From contig NC_068995.1 in assembly GCF_001194135.2 (NCBI RefSeq), forward strand, positions 13,994,882 to 14,040,439: DNA of 45,558 bases, read 5' to 3'. The translations under genes and the position numbers were made by a program. Positions within the stretch are counted from its first letter, which is position 1. Each line of letters begins with the position of its first letter. Shown here piece after piece: positions 10,587 through 22,292 of the stretch. Origin of the DNA: Octopus bimaculoides. Lineage: Eukaryota. The notes beneath the pieces were generated by a model. The model did no database searches and was not told the DNA's origin. It was given only the letters and a program-made list of their open reading frames with translations.

Positions 10587-11280
10587 CGGGAAAGTTTGAC
10601 ATTGTTTGAGGCAGATCCAGCTGGTTTTCTTGAATGTTTCCTAAGTGAGGATGAGTGTTGGGCTCATCACTTCGAGCCAGAGACAAATAGATAATCCATA
10701 CAGGGGAAACACCCCGCTTCACTTGGTGCAAAGACGGTCAATGTTGTTTCATCTGCAGGGAAGATGATGGCCTCAGTTTTGGGGGATGCAAGAGGCATTG
10801 TGTGCATTGACTATTTTCACAAAGGCCACACCATCAATGGAGGCTACTATGTCGACTTGTTGAAGTAGTTACGAAAGGCTATCAAGACCAAAAAGCTCAG
10901 GAAAACTGATGAAAGGTGTCTTCTTTCAGCAGAACAATGCTCCAGCACACAAGTTCTTGGTTTCAATGGCTGCCGTGCTTGACTGTGGCTTTGAACTGGT
11001 TGATCATCGTCCCTATTCTCCTGATTTGGCCCCATCTGATTATCATCTGTTTCCCCAACATGAAAAAACACTTAGCTGGGAACCATTGTCGGAGTGATGA
11101 TGACGTCATATCTTTTGTTGGTGACCATTTTGACCCGCGCGAATGGGATCCAAGCCCTGCAACACCGATGGAAGAAGTGTATGAACTGCAAAGGGGACTA
11201 TGTTGAAAAGTAAAACCTCATTTGGTCACATTCCATGAGAGTATCTTGGTCAGCCTATGAACTTTTTAGCCGACCCACGA
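10587..11280 (+). mobile_element. Mariner transposase pseudogene, catalytic half with right TIR
   Basis: EDECWAHHFEPE, SAGKMMASVF, QNNAPAH, YSPDLAPSDYHLF, RWKKC..KGDYVEK*; ends tatgaactttttagccgacccacg; stops and frameshifts. Confidence 0.92.
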
Positions 11281-13439
11281 AATGCACGTTTCATGGTTAG
11301 ATTGTTGATAGTTTGAAAAAATATACGAACAATTCTCTTTCTTACACGAAGAAATGGTTTAAGTACACCTTGGGAAACCTGCATAAAGATGTTCAATGTT
11401 AGCAAATGCTGTGTGAGAATGGATGAGTGCACTAACATCTATTATTGTTATAAGATGCTTCAGGATATCATGGGTCGATGCTTCAAGATATCATGAGTTT
11501 CCTGTCTTCAAAATGAATTAGGTACATCTTGTAAAACATGAATAAAAATATTCTGTTCAGTTATTATTAGCATACTGTCATGTTGCCAAAAATTAGTTTT
11601 TTCGCATCGTTTGTGTCATATTTCTGGTAAAAAAATTATATTTTTTTTTCTTCGTTGCATTGGAGGTTTAAAATGTCAAAACAATGTTGTGGTTTTTTGC
11701 CAGAATATGAAGAAATAACGACATTGCATGTGAGCAGTCTCAACCGTTTCACCAAGTCGTGAACACTGCCATAATATTGAAAACAGATAACATAAAGGAC
11801 ACTGTAACCTTGTCAGAAAAGACACGTCTACTGCAGTGACAAAAATATTGGGTGCTTTTCTTTTACGTCGGCACGATGTGCCACGTGAAATAGACCCCCT
11901 CCATTGTCTGACGAGACAATCTAAGTGTTGAATGTGAAATAGATTAAAAATTCAGTTTTCTTCTAGACCATCGACGAGGCCCAGATCATTTATTATATCA
12001 TATAAAAATAGAACTTGTACTTTAATCATATTTATTTAACAGGAAAAATGCAAAGTTTCAAAGTGTTCTTATTTCTATTAAAAAAAAAAACTATTTTAGT
12101 TTACTATTTGCAACATAGTAAAACTAATATTGGAAAAACTCTTCGATATTCTGATTCTCTTGTTGCTCTTAGCACGAGCTTATATTATTTGATAGTTAAT
12201 CAACGCCAGGGGTCTGTTTCATCTAAAATGAACAGAGAGCTAAAGAACAATAGACCTACGAAAACGAACTGGACAGAGGAAGATAAACGCAACAGACCCA
12301 GATTTCCACACTGTACTCCATAAAACGTTATTGTTTTCATGGCATCTCCCACAGCTCAAAATTTACATTCGAAATCTAACTGATACAGACTTCGCCAATT
12401 TCGTAGTTTATTGTACATTGCCGCCCCATCCTGTGATCGAGGTAGCCAGCAGTTCATTACGAGGTGATCTGCACCATTTAGAGATACCTGACACACAATA
12501 AGATTCACAATATCCCCGTGGATGCAAATTAGCCGCTTTTCTGCTGTGGTATGATTTCAGCCGATGTACGTTGCTTTCTGGTTAAGTGACCGATACTAAT
12601 GAGTAGTACAGTGGAGTTCCTTGATTAGGGCCTCATCGCCGGGAGGGTGCTTTACACTCTTTATTTGTCCCGACCCTCACACCCAAAGAACTCGACATGA
12701 TAAACCACTGATGATTGAATACACAATCTGTTTTTGAACTAGACAGAAATGTATGGTACATGTTGGAACAACTACCTACTTGCCATATGTCTATTGGATT
12801 GAGGCTGTAGCGAAGGAATATTTCGTTTGGTTGACAGAACAGAAGTTTGTGCAAAATTCCAAATACAAAAAGAGAAAAATGTCGTTGCGTTGAATAACAG
12901 AAAAAAGATATTTACATCAAATGAGTCAGTTTGTGTGTGTTCGCGAGAATTGTGTGTATCGGCAATGACAGTAGCCGTCACTGAGTAGACTGAAGTTATC
13001 GCATTCTATAGTCGAAGTTGAGTGGGGTAAATTCCTGCAGCGAGTTGGCTTAAGCTCTGTCACAACCTGTAACTAGCTAACGAGTCAAGGTCTTTCGAAA
13101 GTAAAGGCACCAAAGACGCAGTCGTTAATGAGATTTCAGTATATTATATATTCAAAAATGTTTGTTTACAACAACGGAGATTCTAATGAGTTAAACATCT
13201 GTTGGTTCTATTGTTTTCGCTGGTCACACTAGTTACTAATAAAAATATGTTCTCAGACACTTGAATGAGTTAGTCGCTTATTGACGTCATCAATCCTTGA
13301 CAGAATCCAGTTTGTTGTCTTAGTTATTTTTACGTCTGAGCACAATGATTCGGTTTCGATTTCGAGGTAGTTAGTTAGTGTTTGGGACTTTGCCAATATT
13401 CCTGCTACAGAGATAATTTAGGAGTTAAAAAACAAAAAC

Positions 13440-13580
13440 AAGAACAACAACAGCAAATTGTTTCGCCTCAGGTTGGTTCTGGTCGAATAGACCAAGGATC
13501 AAAGACGTTCCAGTTACGGAACGGTACCCATTTTAAAAAGACTATTGGATGTGATTTGGAGGAGGTTTGGTTGCTAGTTT
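13440..13580 (-). mobile_element. SINE-like family E fragment
   Basis: Reverse complement ctagcaaccaaacctcctccaaatcaca...tggaacgtctttgatc...; related pieces at ~9845, 30065, 39700, 40230 and 40740. Confidence 0.55.
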
Positions 13581-14074
13581 TAGTTAGTCAAGTGAAGGCA
13601 GAATCGTCACCGGCTTATTTTCTTCCCTACTAATAGGATGTTTTGAGGGAGATTGACAAGTGACTACGTTGAAGTTCTCTCATTGAACTGTTTTCCTTTT
13701 TTCTTTTCAAGAGACTTGGGTGCTACATGTAACTGGTCAAATGACTATATAGAAACTCCCTCATTGTTTCCACATTACCAACATTTTTGTAATCGGTGTG
13801 GTACAAGAGCCAAGTAGTCCTTTTCCCTTAATAGCAAACTGATGTCGGGTCAGGGCTTCGATATCAAGTTGAGTCCATCTCACTTCATTTACGCAGTTAA
13901 ATCCCCAACTGAATTGCAAGTCTTGATCAGATTTTAAACCGCAATACTAAGGACTCTTAACCTGCATCAGAGGAAGAAAAAGAAGAGAAACACCAAAGAG
14001 GGGGCTCAGCAGAGCATTCCTATGCTTCACTGCCGAACTAGATGGACATATACAGTGCTTAAATGTATTATGCA

Positions 14075-14160
14075 TTAATCGGAGTGGCGACCTCGTCTTG
14101 AGTGGTACTCTCATCTTAAGTGGTGTCCTCATTAATCATGAGGACACTACTCCGACTAAT
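14075..14160. repeat. Three 18-bp tandem units followed by an inverted copy (small foldback)
   Basis: gagtggcgacctcgtctt / gagtggtactctcatctt / aagtggtgtcctcattaa, then atgaggacactactccgactaat. Confidence 0.75.
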
Positions 14161-15039
14161 AAATAATATAAAATTCCTCATCTCAGAAATGTCAGATGGC
14201 GGGAACATCGATGAGAATAGGTGTACAGCAGGATAAACCTCCAGTATCGGCATCGACATATAATACCTCACCAAATAAATACAATAGATTTGAACCTAAT
14301 GCTAAAAAAAAAAGAAGAGTGATTCAAATGAAAAAACAGGATGAATCAAATTAAAAAACAAAAATTAAAAATTTTCTGGAAGAATTATTTAAAGCGAACT
14401 GGCATTCACAAATTCTATCTGCGTCGATATTATATTTTTTTGTGTGTATGTGTGTAACCAAAATATAATGCGTTATACGAAACAGAATAGTAGTTTTGAC
14501 ATTCCATAATTTCAGCATGACCGCCGCCACCTAAACCAAACACCATCACTACTTCACTTGCTACGAACGTTCTGGAACTTATCACATCTCTGCATTACAA
14601 TACGCAACCTTACCTGAAAATAAGCATCAGGTGATACGACTCTCGAGGGATCTCAGAAACGTTTAAATTTACCCCATCAAAACAAACAAAGGTAACTATG
14701 GCTTACGAGCGAACGAGAGAGACTCTATGAAGCTAATGAGGTTGCTTCTGCGTGATCGTATGATTAGCTAGAAATAACAACCAAATCTTCCTCCCACTAT
14801 TCCGTCTTATTTGATAATAGAATCAACAAACTGTGGCCCGCGGAACATTCTGAATAGCACGCCAGCGAAAAATTATCTGGAATTATTTTATTAGTGTAGC
14901 GAACCTGAGAATAATTTATATCTCATGCGGCTCGCTTCTCAAAAATGAGCCCTGTCGGCCCTCGTGCCTTTGAACCAGTAAAATCCCCAGGATATGACAG
15001 TTTGATGGAGAGAGAGGGCGGCACCAACACTCGACTGAT

Positions 15040-15150
15040 ACTCATTTTCAAGTGAATCAATTGTAACAATGTGAAATGAAGTATCTTGCTCAAGGGCACA
15101 ACGCATTGCTCGATTAAGGAGTCGAACTCACTGCACTATGGTCGTGAGGT
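15040..15150 (-). mobile_element. SINE family C fragment (CORE-like)
   Basis: gtgaaatgaagtatcttgctcaagggcacaacgc...gtcgaactca, homologous to 16830-16900. Confidence 0.65.
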
Positions 15151-15185
15151 CAACAAATACCTGTTAAAAGAAACGGGTTTGTCAT

Positions 15186-15445
15186 GGCTGAGGTTTGGCT
15201 GTGTAGTAAGATGTTTGCTTCTCAACCACACAATTCCGGGTTCAGTCCCACTGCGTGGCATCTTGGGTAAGTGTCTTTTACTATAGCCTTGGGCCGACCA
15301 AGGCGGTTCGGCAAAAGAGACCGATGCAATAAGTAGCAGGCTTTACATAACAATAAGTACTGGGATCGATTCATTCGACTAAAATTCTTGAAGACGGTGC
15401 CCCAGCATGGCCACAATCTGGTAACTGAAACAAGTAGAAGATAAC
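15186..15445 (+). mobile_element. SINE family B, internally deleted
   Basis: Head ...gggttcagtcccactgcgtggcatcttgggtaagtgtc joined directly to tail ggttcggcaaaagagaccga...ccccagcatggcc. Confidence 0.8.
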
Positions 15446-15469
15446 ATTATGTTCGGTCAGAATTGACCC

Positions 15470-15532
15470 CCAAACTTTCAGGCCTTGTGAAAGGGTTATT
15501 TAATAACCCTTTCACAAGGCCTGAAAGTTTGG
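15470..15532. repeat. 63-bp perfect palindrome (31-bp arms, 1-nt spacer)
   Basis: ccaaactttcaggccttgtgaaagggttatt-t-aataaccctttcacaaggcctgaaagtttgg. Confidence 0.97.
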
Positions 15533-15712
15533 AGGTGGGAGTAGTCGATTATATTGACCCTAGTGCTTGACTGGTACTTTATCTTATCAACCCTTGAATG
15601 ATGAAAAGCAAAGTCGACTTCGGCGGAATTTGAAATCCGAACGTAAGGAGCCGGAAGAAATGCAGTCAAGCATTTAGTTCAACACGGTAACGATCCTGCC
15701 AGGTCGTCGCAT
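15502..15712 (-). mobile_element. SINE family A
   Basis: Reverse complement of the family A head, central domain and tail. Confidence 0.85.
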
Positions 15713-15743
15713 TACCTTGTAGTGACAACTTATAGCAGACGAC

Positions 15744-15940
15744 TGTTATATGTTCAATGTCCGGAGTTTTATCCACGCATGCGCAGGGACTAGTTCCGGA
15801 AGGAATACAGAGAGAGTCTCATGCGCATGCGTAGAGTTCGACACCCAGCTTTGGCGCCTTTTCTCAGTCTCTTCGTTGACTGATCTCCGTCGAGCCAAGA
15901 CGTCCAACTGTTATAACCTCAAGTGACTAACCTTTCAACT
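15744..15940. promoter_or_regulatory. CpG-rich motif cluster (2x NRF1-type, ETS-type); promoter or solo-LTR remnant
   Basis: CGCATGCGCA 15776-85, CCGGAAG 15796-802, TGCGCATGCGTA 15822-33; segment begins TGTTATATG. Confidence 0.4.
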
Positions 15941-15944
15941 ATAG

Positions 15945-16140
15945 ACACAAGGCCTGAAATTTGAGGGGAGATGGTTAAGATTACATCGACCCCAGTGCTT
16001 GAGTGGTATTTAATTTATCGACCCCGAAAGGATGAAAGGCAAAGTCTATCTAGGAGGAATTTGAACTTAGAACGCAAAGACGGATGAAGTATCGCAAAGC
16101 ATTTTGTCCGGAGCAGCGTCGATTCTGCGAGCTCGCCGCC
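15945..16140 (-). mobile_element. SINE family A
   Basis: cacaaggcctgaaat...cgaccccgaaaggatgaaaggcaaagtc...gagctcgccgcc. Confidence 0.88.
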
Positions 16141-16461
16141 TTTACTTGTACTAAATAACAATAACATCAAAGTTATGGGATCTAGTACCGAAAGATCGCC
16201 TCGATTATATAAAGTACAAATTAATAATTGGGGTAGATATAATCGACTAACACCTTCGTCTCAAAATTGCTGGCCATTATGCCTAAATCAAATCATCATA
16301 ATTACTAAACTTCGAACTTACTCTCCAATGCATGTTCCTAATGTATCCAGATTTCGGAATTGTCTCCCCTGATGACTCGAATGATTAAAAAAAATTTTTT
16401 TTTTTTTATTACGGCTGTATTTTAATTCATTATTCTTTTGGAAAGACTTCCTTTTGTACTC

Positions 16462-17012
16462 CCACCTTAAATTTTTTTTTAAATATTACACATGGTGGAA
16501 AGTCATAAAAATTAAGGATTTCTATTAAAAAAAACTTCATTTCTGTTTTATGTATATTTATGTCCCAATTTGCCTAACGCTAAGGCCTAAATCGCCTAAC
16601 TCTATGAAATTTACCAAAACTTGGGACATGAGTAGAAATTCTTAATTTTTATGACTTTCTCATCCTTATTAGTATAAGACATAATAAAAATAAATAAATG
16701 CGCCCTTTTTAAAGCCTAACTAGGCTCATGGGCACGGTTTCCCGGTTTCAATGGCATATGTGTTCCCCGGCTGGACGGGACGCCAGTCCATTGCAGAGTT
16801 ACTCATTTTTGCCAGCTGAGTGGACTGGACCAACGTGAAATGAAGTGTTTTGCTCAAGAACACAACGCGTTGCCAGGTCCAGGAATCGAAACCACAATCT
16901 TACGATCATGATTCTGACACCCTAACCACTAAGCCACGCACCGCCACATTATAAGACATAGGAAATCAATTTTCCACCATATGTAATATTAATAAAAAAA
17001 TTATAATGGTGG
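16462..17012. mobile_element. Foldback MITE interrupted by a SINE
   Basis: Inverted arm pairs 16482-16500/16972-16990 and 16498-16524/16633-16659, each with one mismatch. Confidence 0.7.
16684..16949 (-). mobile_element. Full-length SINE family C with 11-bp TSD
   Basis: TSD tataagacata at 16673-83 and 16950-60; tRNA-like head (reverse complement of ggaatcgaaacc...cctaaccactaagccacgc), CORE-like centre, (TTTA)n tail. Confidence 0.9.
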
Positions 17013-17949
17013 TGGTGGTGGTGGGGGGGCTACAAAAGAAAGTCTTTTTTTTTTTTTTTTTTTTGTATTATCATTATCGTCATTATTCAGTTTTAGGTTT
17101 ACTACATTAAATTAGTCTCCACTTAACTACAAGTTATTCATAAAATAAAGCAAAAAACAAAAACCACTTCTAACCTGCTTGAAATATAAACAAAGATGTG
17201 TTGTTCAACTGCTCACTGCTCAAATATGTGAAATTAGAAACGGCATGATTAAAATTTCTTTCTTACAGAATAAAAGATAAGAAAACTGGTGAAAAGCTAC
17301 ATACACAAAATTCATCAGGGGAGTACTAAGTTTGTTATTGTTGTTTGACGTTTCTCTTTTGGTTTATATATGTTATTATTATTATTATTTCTTCTTCTTC
17401 TTCTTCGTTTCTTTCCTCACCACTACACAAGCTGGTATATCTAGAAGTCAAACAGTTTAAACATCATAGTAAATACGCCCACGCACGCACACATAAACAC
17501 TAACACACACACACACACATTCATACATACATGCACACGCACACACGCACTCCACACAGCCAGAGACATCCAATATAATTTTCATAAAATCTGTTATTAC
17601 TAAATATAATGGCGGGAGAGTCATGGTTGGAAAAAAGCCTAACTTTGGAACGAGTCTTGTTCTATCAAGCAGGTTGAAATACCACCACACCACTGCCACC
17701 AACTTCACAACGACAACGATAGCAACACCCTCTGCCACCACCGCCGCCTCCGCCACCCCCAACAACAACAACTACAACTCTATATTCCACTCTATACGAC
17801 AGTAACAAGATAATATTTGGCAAATTTACTGATTACATTAACATACGAGATCACATGTATGTATGTATATGTATGTATATACATATATGTATGATTGTAT
17901 GCATGTATGAATGTATGCATGTGTGCATACATACATACATATATATAAT

Positions 17950-17988
<39 letters not shown>

Positions 17989-18054
17989 TTAGAGACAGGT
18001 ATTCTCTGTATAGAATACACTTCGTAGTGCTCAACAGATTTGAACTTGAGCAGG

Positions 18055-18692
18055 TAGAGGAGTAAATATAAAGGACAAGCAAGTTAGGCAAGTCGAGATA
18101 CATAAAATATTAATACAAAAAATGTACATTTATATGCATATAAAAAAAAGTCTGATTTGTACAGAATGGAAATGATATGTGGAATGAAANNNNNNNNNNN
18201 NNNNNNNNNNNNNNNNNNNNNNNNNNNNNNNNNNNNNNNNNNNNNNNNNNNNNNNNNNNNNNNNNNNNNNAATGATTGTTGCTTGATTCCACCATCGGAT
18301 ACCACCAGCCTCCGTGTTCAGGGAAGAATTTTACATTTGAGGTGTTGACAGAATCCCCCTAAACTTACCCTTAATAGCGTACTCACAGGCATAATTATCA
18401 GAATCTCTAACTTATCTGCTAACGAAGAAATTCTTCCCTGAAGACGGAGGCTGGTGGTATCCGATGATGGAATCAAGCTACAATCATTATTTTGAACCAG
18501 CAAGCCCCCAGAAACAGCTGTTGGACTCACAAATCTCTTACTCAACCCCTTTAATTTCTGATATCATTTGTATTTTGTCTAAGTCGGACTTTTTTATATG
18601 CATATAAATGTACATTTTTTTGTATTAAATGTATTTAATATTTTTTGTATATCGACTTGCCTAATTTGCTTGTCCTTACATTTACTCCTCTA
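18055..18692. mobile_element. Penelope-like structure with long inverted terminal repeats
   Basis: 18055-18189 vs 18555-18692 and 18271-18331 vs 18428-18488 are reverse complements; ~95-bp spacer; a gap lies inside the left arm. Confidence 0.75.
18435..18525 (+). ncRNA. Hammerhead-like motif (CUGAAGA variant, long stem II)
   Basis: UCC-CUGAAGA-[66-nt imperfect stem II, CGG...CCA]-GAAAC-AGCU-GUU-GGA; palindromic ACAGCUGU; 3-bp stem I. Confidence 0.55.
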
Positions 18693-19712
18693 TATATATG
18701 TATAATATATATAAATATGTGTGTGTGTGTGTGCATACTCGCTCTCACACACACAACAAGAGTATTTCATAAAAATAGCCATTTATGTATTATACTTAAT
18801 GTAAATGCATCACGATATTTACGGCGGTATTCGTCCGGAGATAATATATCATATAGTCGTTCCGTGTTTAAAAACAATATGTATTGAAAAAAGGAGAAAT
18901 ATGTCACACCAACGCCAACGAGAACACGACATACGTTTCTGCCTGGTTGGGAGTTTCCAGTTTACATTATTCGGCCTGGTGTCCTCTAACGTAGAGAAAG
19001 CAACAATCAAGATGAGGACACTAGTCCAACAAACCTAAATAGAGTACATTTTCTTCTTTAATCTATATATTGCATATAACTGTATTCTTTGCTGCTTGTT
19101 CGTATTTCATTCTATTATATGTACAAGAATGTAAAATGAGAAAGCATGAATAATTATCATCATAATTGAGGGAAAATATACAAGTATGCATTTCATTTGA
19201 TAAAGCAATAGTTAAAAGAGGATTCTCATATTTAATACTGTGGGTGAAAAATATTTTAATGAATAATACTTATACGACGTGGATAAGAGATTAACTTAAT
19301 AGTTAATATTAATATGTCTGATTTTTGGTAAATATGGGGGACAACTCTAGAGATACTCCACTTAGTGATTGCATAGCCTCCCTTGATTTCCAGTAATGGA
19401 ATACGAAAGAATCTCTTTTTTTTTTTTTTTTTTTTTTTTTTNNNNNNNNNNNNNNNNNNNNNNNNNNNNNNNNNNNNNNNNNNNNNNNNNNNNNNNNNNN
19501 NNNNNNNNNNNNNNNNNNNNNNNNNNNNNNNNNNNNNNNNNNNNNNNNNNNNNNNNNNNNNNNNNNNNNNNNNNNNNNNNNNNNNNNNNNNNNNNNNNNN
19601 NNNNNNNNNNNNNNNNNNNNNNNNNNNNNNNNNNNNNNNNNNNNNNNNNNNNNNNNNNNNNNNNNNNNNNNNNNNNNNNNNNNNNNNNNNNNNNNNNNNN
19701 NNNNNNNNNNNN

Positions 19713-19753
<41 letters not shown>

Positions 19754-20165
19754 GTCATAGATGATAAAACAAAAGTGAACATAATAACATATGTTTGCTA
19801 TAAATAGCTACCATATCCGTATCCCAAGGCAATACAAGTTGTTTTCTAAATTCTTCATTCATGTTCAGATATTCAGTGAATATTCGAAATATTTTCTAGT
19901 TGAATTCTTTTTCTTGTAAATCACCAGTGGCGATAATTCGTGAATTTAGTTTTATAGTTTTGTCTAGTTATCTCCCATACTTACCTTCACAATGAATATA
20001 TTTCGTGCATACACATAAATAAGCCTAAGATATTTCAAGACAATTTAGAAGTGGGAATGTTCATACTTTTACAAAGATATCAAAATTACTTGTTTTGATT
20101 GCCTTATTTGAAGTTTTGTATCAACCAATATACATTAATGCATTAATGCTTCAAGACGGTGACAT

Positions 20166-20345
20166 GACAGAAACGTTAGCACGCCGGGCGAAATGCTTAG
20201 CGGTATGTTGTCTGTCTTTACGTTCTGAGTTCAAATTCCACCGAGGTCGACTTTGCCTTTCATCCTTTCGGGGGTCGATAAATCAAGTACCAATTGTGTA
20301 CTGAGGTCGACCTAATTTCGGGCCTTGTGCCTGGAGAAGAAAAGA
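20166..20345 (+). mobile_element. SINE family A
   Basis: Near-identical to 6703-6903 over the head and centre. Confidence 0.9.
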
Positions 20346-20894
20346 ATACATTAATGCTTCTTTTAACTCAAGTTTATCAGCAATATGGACATATATAACG
20401 AAGTGTGTGTATGCGTATACGCATACACATATCGCTGGACTGTGGCCATGCTGGGGTACCGGTATGGATGTGCGAATATGTGTGTGTGTGTGTGTGTGTG
20501 ATATATTTAAGTTACAATATATGGATTCAAGTAATCCGGTAGTACTCATAGAAAAGACTCCTTAATGTACTATTTTACAAAACATATAGACTATACAGGG
20601 CGATACAAGAGAAAACCATAAGGATTGTATAAAGTCAAAAACGACAGAGAAATAGTTTGATGAAATCTTATTTAACAATAAGAAAATTCTAATTTCACGA
20701 TAAATTGTTTCGTAACTTAAAAACATATAAATAATTTCTATTATTATATTCGATTATAAATAAGTTACTTATATTCCTGCATTAATGCAAATATATATAA
20801 GTAATATTCGTAGCCACTTTAATATGGCTGTCCGTTCGAGCGGACTCGACTGCGATTTTTTTAACCCGGAGAGGATATATAAATGTGTGTGTGT

Positions 20895-21068
20895 GTGTGT
20901 GTTTGTCCATGGTGTGTTTACGTCCCGGTAACTTACTGGTTCGGCAATAGTGACCGACAGAATAAGTACTAGGCTTACAAAGAATAAGTCCTGGGGTCGA
21001 TTTGTTCGACTAAAGGCAGTGCTCCAGCATGGCCGCAGTCAAATGACTGAAAGAAGTAAAAGAATAAA
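20895..21068 (+). mobile_element. SINE family B, 3' half
   Basis: Follows a (TG)n run; gaccgacagaataagtactaggcttacaaagaataagtcctggggtcg. Confidence 0.88.
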
Positions 21069-21882
21069 AGAATATATATGTATATATATGTGTGTGTGTG
21101 TGTATACGTATATGTACATGTATGTGTGCATATATGCATATATGTCTTGCAAACAAAGTGCTACCAGTCGAGAACTCCGCATGCCGGAAGCCAGCAAGTG
21201 TATGGGGTCATCAGGAGAGAATGCGCGCTGTTTCGGGGTCTACCTCTCGACGGCATCAATGCGCACCGGCCCCCCCCCCCCTCACTGATATGAGGCCCGC
21301 TTGCTAGATCAACTGGTTATTAAAAACAAAACATGATGATGATGTATATACATATATATGCATACACGCACACATTCCTTTTCTAAAAACCTCGTCAATA
21401 TATGAACAAAAGATTAGATTGCATTTCCTCTACATCAAGCATGTAGAAGCCAATTCCTCTTTATTCAAACATTATCTCTTCTAGCAGAATTTCAAAATAT
21501 TCATACACCCACTTGTAAAAAAAAAAAAAAAAAAAAAAAGCACCAGTCAGTTAAATCATTTTCGTTTACCTTGTTGATTTATCTATTAGCCTGTCAGTTT
21601 CCTAATTAGACATACCTGCTGCTTGTCTGTAGTTGTTGTTTTATAACTAACGATTTTCATAACGGTTAATGTGAGTCTTCTAATTAGTCTAATTAGAATT
21701 GTTATACAACAATCGATATCTATTACAGTTTATGATGGAAATGTTCTTTTCCTTAGTAAATTTTAGTGTCTTGTTTAACTGTTATAAAGTACTATAGAAT
21801 ATATATATAGAGATTTTAGCCAACACTGTATTTAACACACAGATACAAACGAAGGTGATTAAATCTGTCTATAGTTGTAGTC

Positions 21883-22292
21883 GCAGGTGTGACTGTGTGG
21901 CTAAGAAGCTTTGCTTTGCCACCATGTGGTTTCGGGTTCGTTTCCACTACAAGGCATCTTGGGCAGAGCAAGTATCTTCTACTATAGTCGCAAGCCGACA
22001 AATACCTTGCGAGTGAATATAGTAGACGGAAACTGTGTGGAAGCCCGCATTCTGTGCACGCGCGCGTGCGTGCGTGGTGTTGTGTGTCCTTGCACTTCTC
22101 ACCGCTTGACAACCGGCGTTCGTTTGTTTACGTCCTCATAACCTGGTGGTTCGATAAAGAAGACCGATAGAATAAGTATCAGATTAAAAAAAAAAACAAG
22201 AACAAAGTACTGGGGTCGATTTGTTCAACTAAACTCCCTAAGTCGGTGCTCCAGTATGGCTGCAGTCCAGTGACTGAAACAGAGAATAAAAG
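21883..22292 (+). mobile_element. Near full-length SINE family B (head, microsatellite, tail)
   Basis: Head ggtgtgactgtgtggctaagaag...gggttcg, internal (GCGT/TG)n, tail gaccgatagaataag...ctccagtatggc. Confidence 0.88.

Noticed and set aside
11520-12000. Possible Tc1-like remnant
   Set aside because: A single TIR-like string with no partner and no interpretable transposase translation
14605-14630. Minus-strand ttttcAG|GTAAGG splice or recursive site
   Set aside because: Isolated motif with no supporting exon or gene context; expected by chance in 45 kb
21205-21245. Minus-strand GAAAC...CUGAUGA as a hammerhead
   Set aside because: Both flanks are CCCC, so stem II cannot pair, and there is no valid NUH/stem III
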